Positions 1-8,357 of a DNA stretch of 64,000 nt are shown piece after piece. Where the stretch lies: the NCBI GenBank assembly GCA_038250865.1, contig JBBSBW010000008.1, forward strand, positions 6,753-70,752, given 5' to 3'. The stretch comes from Thermoanaerobaculia bacterium (GTDB taxonomy: Bacteria > Acidobacteriota > Thermoanaerobaculia > Multivoradales > UBA5704). Position 1 is the stretch's first letter; the number at the start of each line of letters is the position of its first letter. Position numbers and translations under genes: made by a program. The notes under the pieces were generated by a model, which worked only from the letters and a program-made list of their open reading frames with translations, was not told where the DNA came from and did no database searches.

Positions 1-878
1 CGTGAGATATCCGGCCCCCGACCGCCTTCGCGGCCGGCGATCTTGTCGATCTCGTCGAGGAAGATGATGCCGCCCTGCTCGACCCGGTTGCGCGCCTCGC
101 GAGAGACCGCGGCGCGATCGATCAGCTTTTCGGACTCCTGCTGCTCCAAGATCACCCGCGCTTCGGGCACCACGAGCTGGGTGCGGCGCTTGCGGCCGAA
201 CAGCCCGGGCAGCATGTCCTTCAAGTTTGTGCCGACGTCTTCCGCTCCCTGGGGGTTGAACATATCCATGCTTGGATAGGTCGATTCTTCCACCTCGACC
301 TCGACCGTTCGGGCGTCGAGCTTGCCGGCGCGCAGCTTGACGCGGAACTTCTCGCGCGTCTTGGCCATCTCGTCGTCTTCGTCCTCATTCTCGCGCGGAT
401 GGAGATAGGACGAGACCGGCCGAGGCGGCACCAGCAGTTGCAGCAGGCGATCCTCGGCCCGCACGATCGCCAGCTCGCGCACGGCCTCGCGCCGTTCCTC
501 GCGGACCATGCCGACGGCGATCTCCACCAGGTCGCGCACCATCGACTCGACATCGCGGCCGACGTAGCCCACCTCGGTGAACTTGCTCGCCTCGACTTTC
601 AAGAAGGGCGCCTTGGCGAGCTTCGCCAACCGCCGGGCGATCTCGGTCTTGCCTACGCCGGTCGGGCCGATCATCAGAATGTTCTTCGGCGCGATCTCGT
701 CGGCAATCTCGGGCGCCAGCTGCTGGCGTCGCCAGCGATTGCGCAAGGCGATCGCCACGGAGCGCTTGGCGGCCCGCTGGCCGACCACGTATTTGTCCAG
801 CTCCACGACGATCTGCTGCGGCGTGAGGTTTTCGAGCGACTGGGCAAGCAGCCCGTCGGGGGTCTGGGGAGTCGCCAT
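1..878 (-). CDS. hslU: ATP-dependent protease ATPase subunit HslU (ClpY), 3' end runs off the window
   Basis: Reverse-strand translation from ATG (CAT at 876-878) reads MATPQTPDGLLAQSLENLTPQQIVVELDKYVVGQ, then ILMIGPTGVGKTEIARRLA (Walker A); no stop before position 1. The plus-strand ORFs listed here are antisense artefacts. Confidence 0.85.
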   Translation of the reverse strand, partial: MATPQTPDGLLAQSLENLTPQQIVVELDKYVVGQRAAKRSVAIALRNRWRRQQLAPEIADEIAPKNILMIGPTGVGKTEIARRLAKLAKAPFLKVEASKFTEVGYVGRDVESMVRDLVEIAVGMVREERREAVRELAIVRAEDRLLQLLVPPRPVSSYLHPRENEDEDDEMAKTREKFRVKLRAGKLDARTVEVEVEESTYPSMDMFNPQGAEDVGTNLKDMLPGLFGRKRRTQLVVPEARVILEQQESEKLIDRAAVSREARNRVEQGGIIFLDEIDKIAGREGGRGPDIS

Positions 879-888
879 CTTGGGAGTC

Positions 889-1431
889 CTAGAGCTCTTC
901 GAGCGTGAGCCGGTCATTGGTGTACACGCAGATCTCGCTCGCGATTCGCATCGATTCGCGGACGATTTCGGTGGCCGAAAGGTCGGTCATGCGGACCAAC
1001 GCTCGGGCCGCGGCCAAAGCGAAGTTGGCGCCGGAGCCGATGGACAAAATCCCATCCTCGTCGTCCGGCGAAAGCAGCTCGCCTGTCCCTGAGATCAGGA
1101 AGCTCTTGTCCTTGTCGGTGACGATCATCACGGCCTGCAGCTGGCGCATGGCCCGATCGGTGCGCCAATCCTTGGCCAGCTCGACGACCGCGCGCTCCAG
1201 GTTGGCGCCATGTTCGTCAAGCTTTTCTTCCAGGCGAAAAAACAGAGCGAGGGCATCGGCCGTGCCGCCGGCAAAGCCGACCAGCACCTGGCCCTTGCCC
1301 GTGCGGCGGATTTTCTTAGCGCCGGATTTGACGATGGTGCTGTTGTTCATCGTCACCTGCCCGTCGCTCGCCAAGCAGACGCGGCCGTTCCGTCGCACGA
1401 GGAGGACGGTGGTAGAAAGGAAGGTATCCAT
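889..1431 (-). CDS. hslV: ATP-dependent protease subunit HslV (ClpQ/CodW-like, 5-residue N-terminal prefix MDTFLS before the conserved TT)
   Basis: Internal ATG of the 226-aa ORF (CAT at 1429-1431). MDTFLSTTVLLVRRNGRVCLASDGQVT...GFAGGTADA...LSIGSGANFALAAARAL...ICVYTNDRLTLEEL matches HslV/CodW closely. It lies immediately upstream of hslU on the same strand. Confidence 0.9.
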   Translation of the reverse strand: MDTFLSTTVLLVRRNGRVCLASDGQVTMNNSTIVKSGAKKIRRTGKGQVLVGFAGGTADALALFFRLEEKLDEHGANLERAVVELAKDWRTDRAMRQLQAVMIVTDKDKSFLISGTGELLSPDDEDGILSIGSGANFALAAARALVRMTDLSATEIVRESMRIASEICVYTNDRLTLEEL

Positions 1432-1851
1432 ATCGAGGCCGCTATTGTAGCAGCCCTCGCGCCGGGGCTTCGGGTCGGAAGGGAGATTGGCCTGAACCCC
1501 GGCCCAATTCCACCTCACCCTGCACTCCTGCGGGCCTTTCCCTGGGACCGCCGAGCACCAGCTCGGCACTGTCGAGGCGCGGGCCGAAAGCGGTGCGCTT
1601 TAGGGCTGTTCGCGGTTCTGCCACCTCTGCATCCGGTCCCGCGAGGACTGTTAGGCTGGGCAGAAGGGATCGGCCGGAAGAAAAACGCGCGGTTCGACCG
1701 CCGGATACCGACGGGATGGAGGGGATCGCTCCTTCCGGGCTTCCTCACACCGGTCCGCGGATCGAAATGAGCCATAGGACGCACCCGAACACCCGTCCGG
1801 CCTCCGACAGGATTGGTTTCCCGATCCAGAACACCCCTCCGCCGGCGCAGA

Positions 1852-2292
1852 GGAATGTTCCTGAGGTTACACGGAACGTTCCTGGGGTTTCCAGGAATAC
1901 TCCTGAGCGCCAGCGGAATGCTCCTGAGGTTCAGCGGAAAATTCCTGAGGTCAAAAGGAATGCTCCTGAAATTCATCGGAGCATTCCAGACGTTTAGAGG
2001 AAAACTCCTGAGACGCCGCGGAATGCTCCTGTGACCCAGAGGAGTACTCCTGAGTTCAGGAGGAATGCTCCTGGTGTCCAAAGGAGTACTCCTGCCATCT
2101 GAAGGAACATTCCGGGCCTACGAAGGAATGTTCCTGAGGTCCAAAGAAAGATTCCTGAGGTTCCGAGTAAAATTCCTGAAGTACCGGGGAGCATTCCTGA
2201 AGTACCGAGGAGCATTCTTGGCGTTGGGAGAAACATTCCGTTGGTCTGGAGGAGTACTCCTGAGTTTCAGCACAGCACTCCGCGGAGTTGGG
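1852..2292. repeat. Array of 21 contiguous 21-bp tandem repeats, consensus GGAATGCTCCTGAGGTnnnnn, each with a 10-bp palindromic core GGAAnnTTCC
   Basis: Units counted directly at 1852, 1873, 1894 ... 2272 in strict 21-bp phase. Several units are perfect palindromes (GGAACGTTCC). Several overlapping ORFs cover it (plus frame gives RNxPEVx heptads, minus frame LRSIPxx), indicating it is non-coding. Confidence 0.9.
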
Positions 2293-2439
2293 GGAGTGGT
2301 GATTTCCTCCCGCTCAGCGCTTCCTCGGTCGGGCAGACCGGTGTCTGCATCGCGCGAACCGCGACGCAGAGGGGAGAGACCTGTCGTTCGGCGAAAGTGA
2401 GAGCTGGGAGAGGCGCCGGAAGAGGTGGCTCGCTCTCCC

Positions 2440-3372
2440 TCACACCTTCCGCGCCCGGGGGTGCGACTCGCGGTAGACGTTCAACAACCGGTCGATCTCG
2501 ACGTGGGTGTATTTCTGGGTCGTGGACAACGAGCTGTGCCCCAACAACTCCTGGATGGCGCGGAGGTCGGCGCCGTTTTCCAGGAGGTGGGTGGCGAAGG
2601 TGTGGCGCAGGGTGTGGGGGTGGACTCCGGCCGCGAGCGAGGCTGCCGCGACGTGGCGGTCGAGGATGCGGCGGACGGAGCGGTCGGAGAGCCTGCGGCC
2701 TTTGGAGCTTAAAAACACCGGCTCGGCTTCGGACGGGTCGACCGCGAGCCGGGCGGGGTCGGCGAGCGGTTCCCAGCGGGCGAGCCAGTCGCGGAGCGCG
2801 CTTTCTGCGGCTCGGTTGAAGGGGACCATCCGCTCTTTGTTCCCCTTGCCGATCACCCGCAGGGTGCGGGCGGAAAGATCGAGGTCGCTCCAATCGAGGC
2901 TCACCAGCTCGCCCACGCGGAGGCCGGTGGCGTAGAGCAGCTCCAGGATCGCCCGGTCGCGGTGTCCGAAGGTTTCATTGACGTCGGGGGCCGCGAGCAG
3001 GCTCTCGATCTCTCCCGGGCGCAGGTGGCGGGGGAGGGTCTTCGGTGCTTTCGGCGTGCGCACCCCTTGGGCCGGATTAGCCTTGACGATCCCCTCACGG
3101 GCCAGCCAGCGGAAGAAGCCCCGCACCGCGGCGAGCGCCCGCCCTTGGCTTCTGCGCGACAGGCCGCGCTTGGTCTGGGCGGCGAGAAACGAGCGGATCG
3201 TGAGCGGATCGATTTCGGTCGGATCGATCGTCTTCGGGTCCTTGGCGAGAAAGTCTTCGGATAGAAAAGCGAGAAAGCCGACCAGATCCCCTTCGTAGGC
3301 CCGCAGCGTGTGCGGCGAGAGCGCCCTTTCGCCGTCCAGATGTTCGAGCCAGCTTTGGATCAGGGGGCGCAT
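2440..3372 (-). CDS. xerC: Tyrosine site-specific recombinase XerC/XerD (CodV-like)
   Basis: 310 aa from ATG at 3370-3372: MRPLIQSWLEHLDGERALSPHTLRAYEGDL...LRHTFATHLLENGADLRAIQELLGHSSLSTTQKYTHV (R..HxxR..Y catalytic motifs). The upstream 165 codons of the ORF-track entry are an R/P-rich artefact. Confidence 0.85.
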   Translation of the reverse strand: MRPLIQSWLEHLDGERALSPHTLRAYEGDLVGFLAFLSEDFLAKDPKTIDPTEIDPLTIRSFLAAQTKRGLSRRSQGRALAAVRGFFRWLAREGIVKANPAQGVRTPKAPKTLPRHLRPGEIESLLAAPDVNETFGHRDRAILELLYATGLRVGELVSLDWSDLDLSARTLRVIGKGNKERMVPFNRAAESALRDWLARWEPLADPARLAVDPSEAEPVFLSSKGRRLSDRSVRRILDRHVAAASLAAGVHPHTLRHTFATHLLENGADLRAIQELLGHSSLSTTQKYTHVEIDRLLNVYRESHPRARKV

Positions 3373-4760
3373 GGAACCGGCGCTCCTTCGAGCTTTTTCC
3401 GGTCGATCGCCACCCCGTGCCGCGCCGCCCAATCGACCAGCGCCTCGTGCGCCCGATTGGCCAACGCCGCCCGCTTGTCCACCTTCTTCACCCGGCGGGG
3501 CAACTCCTCGAACAGGCCGTAATTGATGTTCGCGGGCTGGAAGTGCCGAGGATCGGATTCGACCAGATGGCGGATCAAGGCGCCGAGCGCGGTGGTCGCG
3601 GGGAACGGTTCGGCGGGAGAACCGGCCGCGCGCTCCAAGGCGAGATAGAGCCCGATCGCCAGGCCCGTCGCGGCCGATTCGAGATACCCCTCGACGCCGG
3701 TGATCTGGCCGGCGAGGTGCAGATGCGGCGCGGCCTTCAGGCGATACCAGCGGTCGAGGTGGGTGGGGGAGTTGAGGAACGTGTTTCGATGGATCTGGCC
3801 GAAGCGGACGAACTTCGCGTTTTCGAGCCCCGGAATCGTGCGCAGCACCCGGTCCTGATCGCCCCACTTCATGCGCGACTGGAAGCCGACCAGGTTGAAC
3901 TGGCTCTTCGCCAGATTCTCCTGCCGCAGCTGCACCACCGCCCAGGGCCGTCGGCCGTCCGGCGCGGTGAGCCCCACCGGCTTCATCGGCCCGAAGCGCA
4001 GGGTGTCCAGGCCGCGGGCGGCGATTTCTTCAATCGGCAGGCACCCCTCGAAGAACACCGCCTTCTCGAAGTCGTGCGGCACCAAAACTTCGGCCTCGGA
4101 GACCGCGCGGTGAAAGGCCACGTACTCCTCTTCATTCATCGGCGCGTTCAGATAGTCGTCGCCGTCCCCCTTGCCGTAGCGCGATTGCCAGAACAGTTTG
4201 TTCAGATCCAGGCTTTCGGCTTCGACGATCGGCGCGATCGCATCGTAGAAATACAGCTCGTCTTTCCCCAGCAGCCCTTGAAGCGCCGCGGTCAACGCGT
4301 CCGACGTGAGCGGCCCGGTCGCGATCACCGTGGTCGGGCCGTCTACGGGGAGGGTGAGCACCTCCTCGCGACGGATCTCGATGTTCGGATGAGTCGAAAG
4401 CGCGGCCGTCACGATTGCCGCGAACCGATCGCGATCGACCGCCAAGGCGCTCCCCGCCGGGACCGCCGCTTCACGGGCCGAACCGATGATCAGCGAGCCG
4501 AACGCCTCCATCTCCCGCTTGAGCAACCCGGCGGCGTGGAGTGGATCGTCGCTGCGCAGCGAATTGCTGCACACCAGTTCGGCGAAATCGGGCGTCTTGT
4601 GCGCGGGGGTCTGGCGTACCGGCCGCATCTCGTGGAGCACCACGGGGATCCCCCGCTGCGCCAGCTGCCAGGCGCATTCCGACCCGGCAAAACCGGCACC
4701 GATGACGTGGACGGGGGTGAGGGGTGCATCGCGTGAGGGAGTGGGAAGCATGGTCGACAT
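3360..4760 (-). CDS. trmFO: Methylenetetrahydrofolate--tRNA-(uracil54-C5)-methyltransferase TrmFO (Gid)
   Basis: From ATG at 4758-4760: MSTMLPTPSRDAPLTPVHVIGAGFAGSECAWQLAQRGIPVVLHEMRP...ELVCSNSLRSD...FFAGQITGVEGYLESAATGLAIG, typical of TrmFO. The FAD-binding GAGFAGSE motif is present. It overlaps the xerC start by 13 nt. Confidence 0.85.
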   Translation of the reverse strand: MSTMLPTPSRDAPLTPVHVIGAGFAGSECAWQLAQRGIPVVLHEMRPVRQTPAHKTPDFAELVCSNSLRSDDPLHAAGLLKREMEAFGSLIIGSAREAAVPAGSALAVDRDRFAAIVTAALSTHPNIEIRREEVLTLPVDGPTTVIATGPLTSDALTAALQGLLGKDELYFYDAIAPIVEAESLDLNKLFWQSRYGKGDGDDYLNAPMNEEEYVAFHRAVSEAEVLVPHDFEKAVFFEGCLPIEEIAARGLDTLRFGPMKPVGLTAPDGRRPWAVVQLRQENLAKSQFNLVGFQSRMKWGDQDRVLRTIPGLENAKFVRFGQIHRNTFLNSPTHLDRWYRLKAAPHLHLAGQITGVEGYLESAATGLAIGLYLALERAAGSPAEPFPATTALGALIRHLVESDPRHFQPANINYGLFEELPRRVKKVDKRAALANRAHEALVDWAARHGVAIDRKKLEGAPVPCAP

Positions 4761-4806
4761 GAAAGTAGCATGCGCCAAGCCGTTCCCCTCATCCAGGAGC
4801 CCGACA

Positions 4807-5295
4807 ATGCCCCCAGCCACGCCCGCCGACCCCGCGCCGAAACATCCCGGCGTCAAGTTCCCGCCGCCGTTCCTGTTCGCCGGGGGGCTCGGCCTTGGGT
4901 ACCTCGTGCATCGGAGCTGGCCGCTGCCTTGGGTGCCTGGCGGTATCCCTCGCTTCGGATTGGGCTGGGCGCTCGTTGCCCTCGGGCTGGCGCTTGGCGC
5001 CTGGGGGTTCATCACCTTTCTGCTCGCCCGGACGGCGATCTTGCCGCACCATCCGGCCTCGCGCCTGGTCTATGCCGGGCCATACAAGTTCACTCGCAAT
5101 CCGATGTACGTCGGCCTCACCGGCGTCTATCTTGGGGTTTCTACGCTGATCGACAGCCTCTGGCCGATGCTCCTCCTTCCGGTCGTCTTGGGCGCCCTCT
5201 ACCGGTGGGTGATCCGGCGGGAAGAGCGCTACCTCGCCGCGGAATTCGGCGCCGCGTACGACGACTACCGGCGGAAGGTGAGACGCTGGCTGTAG
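4807..5295 (+). CDS. Isoprenylcysteine carboxyl methyltransferase (ICMT)/phospholipid methyltransferase family membrane protein
   Basis: ATG at 4807 in frame with ORF 4486..5295. Hydrophobic segments plus C-terminal YKFTRNPMYVGLTGVYLGVSTL...RREERYLAAEFGAAYDDYRRKV, characteristic of the ICMT/PEMT family. Confidence 0.6.
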   Translation: MPPATPADPAPKHPGVKFPPPFLFAGGLGLGYLVHRSWPLPWVPGGIPRFGLGWALVALGLALGAWGFITFLLARTAILPHHPASRLVYAGPYKFTRNPMYVGLTGVYLGVSTLIDSLWPMLLLPVVLGALYRWVIRREERYLAAEFGAAYDDYRRKVRRWL

Positions 5296-5324
5296 GGGCG
5301 GGCCTTCGTCTGTCCGCCCATCGG

Positions 5325-6446
5325 TCATTCCTTCCAGGGATCGAAATCGTCCCCCGGCTCGGCCGGCTCGTCGCCGTCGGTGGCGACTCTCCAGGTCGCG
5401 CGGAATTCCGGCGCGCCGGAAAGCTCGGTCTGCATCGCCTTCTGGACGTCGCCGCCGGAGGGGGGCGCTTTGGCCCGGCGCGGCTGGTTGAGGAAGGTTT
5501 CGAGATCGAATGCGGGTTTCTGTTTACGGCTCTCGCGGACGAAGGCGAGGACCGGATCGGGCGTGAGCCACCGGCCTTCCAGATGTTCGAGCGCGTGCCA
5601 GAACCCCGGGCCGCGGGCGACCAGGTGGCCCGCTTCCGTCTCGAATCCTTCGACCTCGATCGCCGGACCGGGAAGCTGGATCTCGATCGGCGCGGGGAAC
5701 GGATCCCACACCAGGTGGGAGAGCTCATCGAGCGTGAACGCCTCCCCGTCGGCGACTTCGAGCGGCTGCCAGACCTTCTTCATCGCCGCCTGCAACGCCT
5801 CGACGAGTTGAGTTTCCTTTCCCGGGGAGAGCGGCGGCGGCTCCGGTGCCCCGTCCTGCCGGACTTGGCGAAACAACCGGCCGAAACAGGCCCAGGCGCG
5901 CCCGGGGTGCTCGTCGAGATACTTCCAGAGCGCCGAACCGGCCGAAAAGTACGCGGCGACATCGGCCGACCAGGGGCTGAAAGCGCGCTGGACCTTCTGG
6001 CGGTCGGCCCGCGTCGCCCGGTCGGCCGGTCCGGGGGCAAAGCGCAGCTCGGCGAGGCCCGAGACGATCGTGTAGGAGGCGTTAACCGGCGTCGCCGCGA
6101 ACAGCTGTCGCACTTGGTCGGTTTCGGTGAGCACGGCCCGGTGCGTGGCTTTGGCAATCGACCCGGTGAACCGTTCCTGCTCGATCTTCTCGGCGATCGG
6201 CCCCATCTCGCCGAGCCGTTCGGACCACGCGTCAGTCCCTTCCAGCAGGTCGCGCCGCACGGCGGCCAGCCGCTTCGCCACGGCGGGGTTCGAATCTTCT
6301 GCCGACGAGATCACGATCGTCCGCCCCGCGACCACCCAGCCGCCGGAGAGGAACCGCAGCGTCCAGGTCTCGCGCACCGGGCCGTCGAAACAGGCCGTAA
6401 CCAGGGCGAGTAGGGGAAGGAGCAGAAACGCGCGACGGATTCTCAT
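5325..6446 (-). CDS. Hypothetical lipoprotein (signal peptide with lipobox LVTAC)
   Basis: Internal ATG at 6444-6446 gives MRIRRAFLLLPLLALVTACFDGP. Its start overlaps the stop of the upstream amidohydrolase gene (ATGA). No recognisable catalytic motif. Confidence 0.5.
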   Translation of the reverse strand: MRIRRAFLLLPLLALVTACFDGPVRETWTLRFLSGGWVVAGRTIVISSAEDSNPAVAKRLAAVRRDLLEGTDAWSERLGEMGPIAEKIEQERFTGSIAKATHRAVLTETDQVRQLFAATPVNASYTIVSGLAELRFAPGPADRATRADRQKVQRAFSPWSADVAAYFSAGSALWKYLDEHPGRAWACFGRLFRQVRQDGAPEPPPLSPGKETQLVEALQAAMKKVWQPLEVADGEAFTLDELSHLVWDPFPAPIEIQLPGPAIEVEGFETEAGHLVARGPGFWHALEHLEGRWLTPDPVLAFVRESRKQKPAFDLETFLNQPRRAKAPPSGGDVQKAMQTELSGAPEFRATWRVATDGDEPAEPGDDFDPWKE

Positions 6447-8179
6447 GGCCTCGCTCCGGTCGGCGCGGCCGGAAGATTCCCGTAGACGATCCGCCCTTCG
6501 AACATCGTAGCCAGCACCTTCGCCTCGGAGATTTCGCTCGGCAGGATCTCGAACAGATTGCGATCGAGGACGATCAAATCGGCGAGCTTGCCCGCTTCGA
6601 GCGAGCCGCTCTCCTTCTCCTCGAAATTCGCGAACGCGCCGCCGATCGTATAGGCCGCCAGAATCGTCGGTAGATCGAGCCGCTCCTCGGGAATCCACGA
6701 GCTGGCGCACGGGGCGACGAGATCGGGATCGCAGCGGGTCACCGCGACCTCGATCGCCTGCAAAGGATCAAGTGACGAGACCGACCAGTCGCTCCCCGCC
6801 GCAAGCACCGCGCCGGAGCGAAACATCGAGCCCATGGGGTAGAGCCAACGCGAGCGCTCCGGCCCCAACTGCGGCTCGGTCAAATCGACGATGTAGGGAT
6901 CGGCGTAGGCCCAGAGCGGCTGAAAATCGGCGATCACGCCGAGCCGGCGAAAGCGCGGAATGTCCGCCGGATCGAACAGTTGGATATGCGCGAGCAGCGG
7001 TCGGGCGTCGCGCGGTCCGTTCGCCTTCCTGGCCGCTTCAAGGGCATCGAGCGCGGTCCGGATCGCCCGGTCGCCGATCGCGTGAACGTGGATCTGAAAC
7101 CCCGCGGCATCGAGCGCGATGGCGATCTGCGCGAAACGGTCGGGCGCGATTTCCAGCTCGCCGCGCCAGCCGTTCTTGCCCCGCTCACCGAGATACGGGG
7201 CGAGCAGAGCCGCGGTCCCCGCTTCGATCACCCCGTCGGCGAAGATCTTCGCGGCCGAGGCTCGGACGTGCGGCGCGGTTTTGCCCGAAGGATCGTCCCG
7301 CCGCTTCACGAACTCGGCCACCTGGGCCGTACCTTTTTCCGGATCGACGTAGTTCGCGACGACGACCCGCAGGTTCAACTCCCCCGCGGCGTCGAGCGCG
7401 CGAAACGTCGCGAGGCTCTCCGCCCCCGCTGAAGCCTCCTGAACCGAGACGATCCCGAAACCGTGAGCGCGCTCCACTCCCCGCCGCAAGCCCTCGGTGC
7501 GGTCGGCCGCCGTGGTCTCGGGCAGATGCTCGTCCACCAGATCCGCCGCAGATTCCCGGAGCGTGCCGGTCGGATTCCCCTCCGCGTCGCGCTCGATCCG
7601 CCCACGCGGAGGATCGGGGGTCTCGCGCGTGATCCCGGCGATGGCCAAAGCCTGCGAATTCACCCAGGTCGAATGCCCGTCCGCCGCCGAAAGGTAGACC
7701 GGCCGGTCGGGCACGATCTCGTCCAACTGCCGCTTATGCGGATTCGCCTGGGGAAACAGCGGCAGGTCCCAACCGCCGCCGAGGATCCAAGGCGCGTACG
7801 GTTTCGCCGCGGCGCAAGCTCTAACCCGAGCGAGAACCTCGTCGCCCGTCTTCGAGCCGTTCAGATCGCACTGCCCCAGCTCGATCCCGCCCGAAACCAG
7901 ATGCACATGCGAATCATGAAACCCCGGCAGCACGAATCGCCCGGACAGATCGACCACCCGCGTCTGCGGCCCGACAAACGGTGCAACATCCCGATCGGCG
8001 CCCACGAACACCAGCCGCGACCCGGATATCGCCACCGCCTCGGCCCACCCGCGAGAGGCGGACATCGTGTAGATCGCCCCATGGCGAAGCACCAGATCCG
8101 CGGGCTGGGCGGCTTGGGAGCGGAGCGCTACGGCGAACAGAGCTACCAGGAGTAAGACGGCGCGGCGAGCGATCGACAT
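6443..8179 (-). CDS. Secreted metal-dependent amidohydrolase (Amidohydro_3/YtcJ-like family)
   Basis: Start MSIARRAVLLLVALFAVALRSQAAQ (signal peptide). GFHDSHVHL metal-binding motif, a second HVHAIGD motif, and C-terminal AAGSDWSVSSLDP, typical of the amidohydrolase superfamily. The upstream codons of the ORF-track entry begin with GTG and are unlikely to be real. Confidence 0.75.
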   Translation of the reverse strand: MSIARRAVLLLVALFAVALRSQAAQPADLVLRHGAIYTMSASRGWAEAVAISGSRLVFVGADRDVAPFVGPQTRVVDLSGRFVLPGFHDSHVHLVSGGIELGQCDLNGSKTGDEVLARVRACAAAKPYAPWILGGGWDLPLFPQANPHKRQLDEIVPDRPVYLSAADGHSTWVNSQALAIAGITRETPDPPRGRIERDAEGNPTGTLRESAADLVDEHLPETTAADRTEGLRRGVERAHGFGIVSVQEASAGAESLATFRALDAAGELNLRVVVANYVDPEKGTAQVAEFVKRRDDPSGKTAPHVRASAAKIFADGVIEAGTAALLAPYLGERGKNGWRGELEIAPDRFAQIAIALDAAGFQIHVHAIGDRAIRTALDALEAARKANGPRDARPLLAHIQLFDPADIPRFRRLGVIADFQPLWAYADPYIVDLTEPQLGPERSRWLYPMGSMFRSGAVLAAGSDWSVSSLDPLQAIEVAVTRCDPDLVAPCASSWIPEERLDLPTILAAYTIGGAFANFEEKESGSLEAGKLADLIVLDRNLFEILPSEISEAKVLATMFEGRIVYGNLPAAPTGARP

Positions 8180-8295
8180 GGCGGGCGTCTCCAGAGAATC
8201 TTGCCCTGATCGTATCCCTAGAGCACCGTCCGAGGCGTTTCCTTCCCGAGGCTTGTCCTGGTTGTTTTTGAGCCCCAACGGGGCGGACCATGCCA

Positions 8296-8314
8296 GCCCA
8301 GGGCAACGCCCTGG
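8296..8314 (-). terminator. Possible stem-loop CCCAGGGC-nnn-GCCCTGGG between fah and the amidohydrolase gene
   Basis: 8-bp perfect inverted repeat seen in the sequence. There is no clear U-run, so its function as a terminator or attenuator is uncertain. Confidence 0.2.
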
Positions 8315-8357
8315 GTACGAAGGGTCACATGAAACCACTGAGCCCTGAAGGGGCGAC

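Noticed and set aside
221-1092. Plus- and minus-strand ORFs (43..279, 399..908, 577..1092, 221..553) overlapping the hslU region
   Set aside because: They are antisense or out-of-frame readings of hslU; the 577..1092 peptide contains the reversed Walker-A region. High GC keeps spurious frames open.
1852-2292. The 21-bp array as a CRISPR array
   Set aside because: Units are contiguous with no unique spacers and are only 21 bp. No cas genes are nearby.
1852-2292. GGAAnnTTCC units as genuine HSF-type heat-shock elements
   Set aside because: HSF is eukaryotic. The match beside hslVU is noted as a curiosity only.
1515-2400. ORFs reading through the 21-bp array (1515..2081 -, 1593..1997 +, 1813..2034 +, 1994..2236 -, 2065..2400 +) giving heptad peptides
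   Set aside because: Four to five different frames are simultaneously open and no frame spans the array with a plausible start and stop. This is a signature of repeat DNA rather than a gene.
2241-3867. R/P/G-rich ORFs (2241..2819 +, 2267..2893 -, upstream 165 codons of 2440..3867)
   Set aside because: Low-complexity Arg/Pro/Gly peptides typical of wrong-frame translation of GC-rich DNA. XerC homology begins only at 3372.
3417-4736. 439-aa plus-strand ORF inside trmFO
   Set aside because: It is antisense to a well-supported TrmFO gene and has an R/G/A-rich composition.
4770-6413. 547-aa plus-strand ORF across the ICMT and lipoprotein region
   Set aside because: R/P/G-rich, overlaps two better-supported genes, and has no motifs.
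6772-8155. Plus-strand R/P-rich ORFs inside the amidohydrolase gene
   Set aside because: Antisense artefacts; the amidohydrolase frame carries clear metal-binding motifs.
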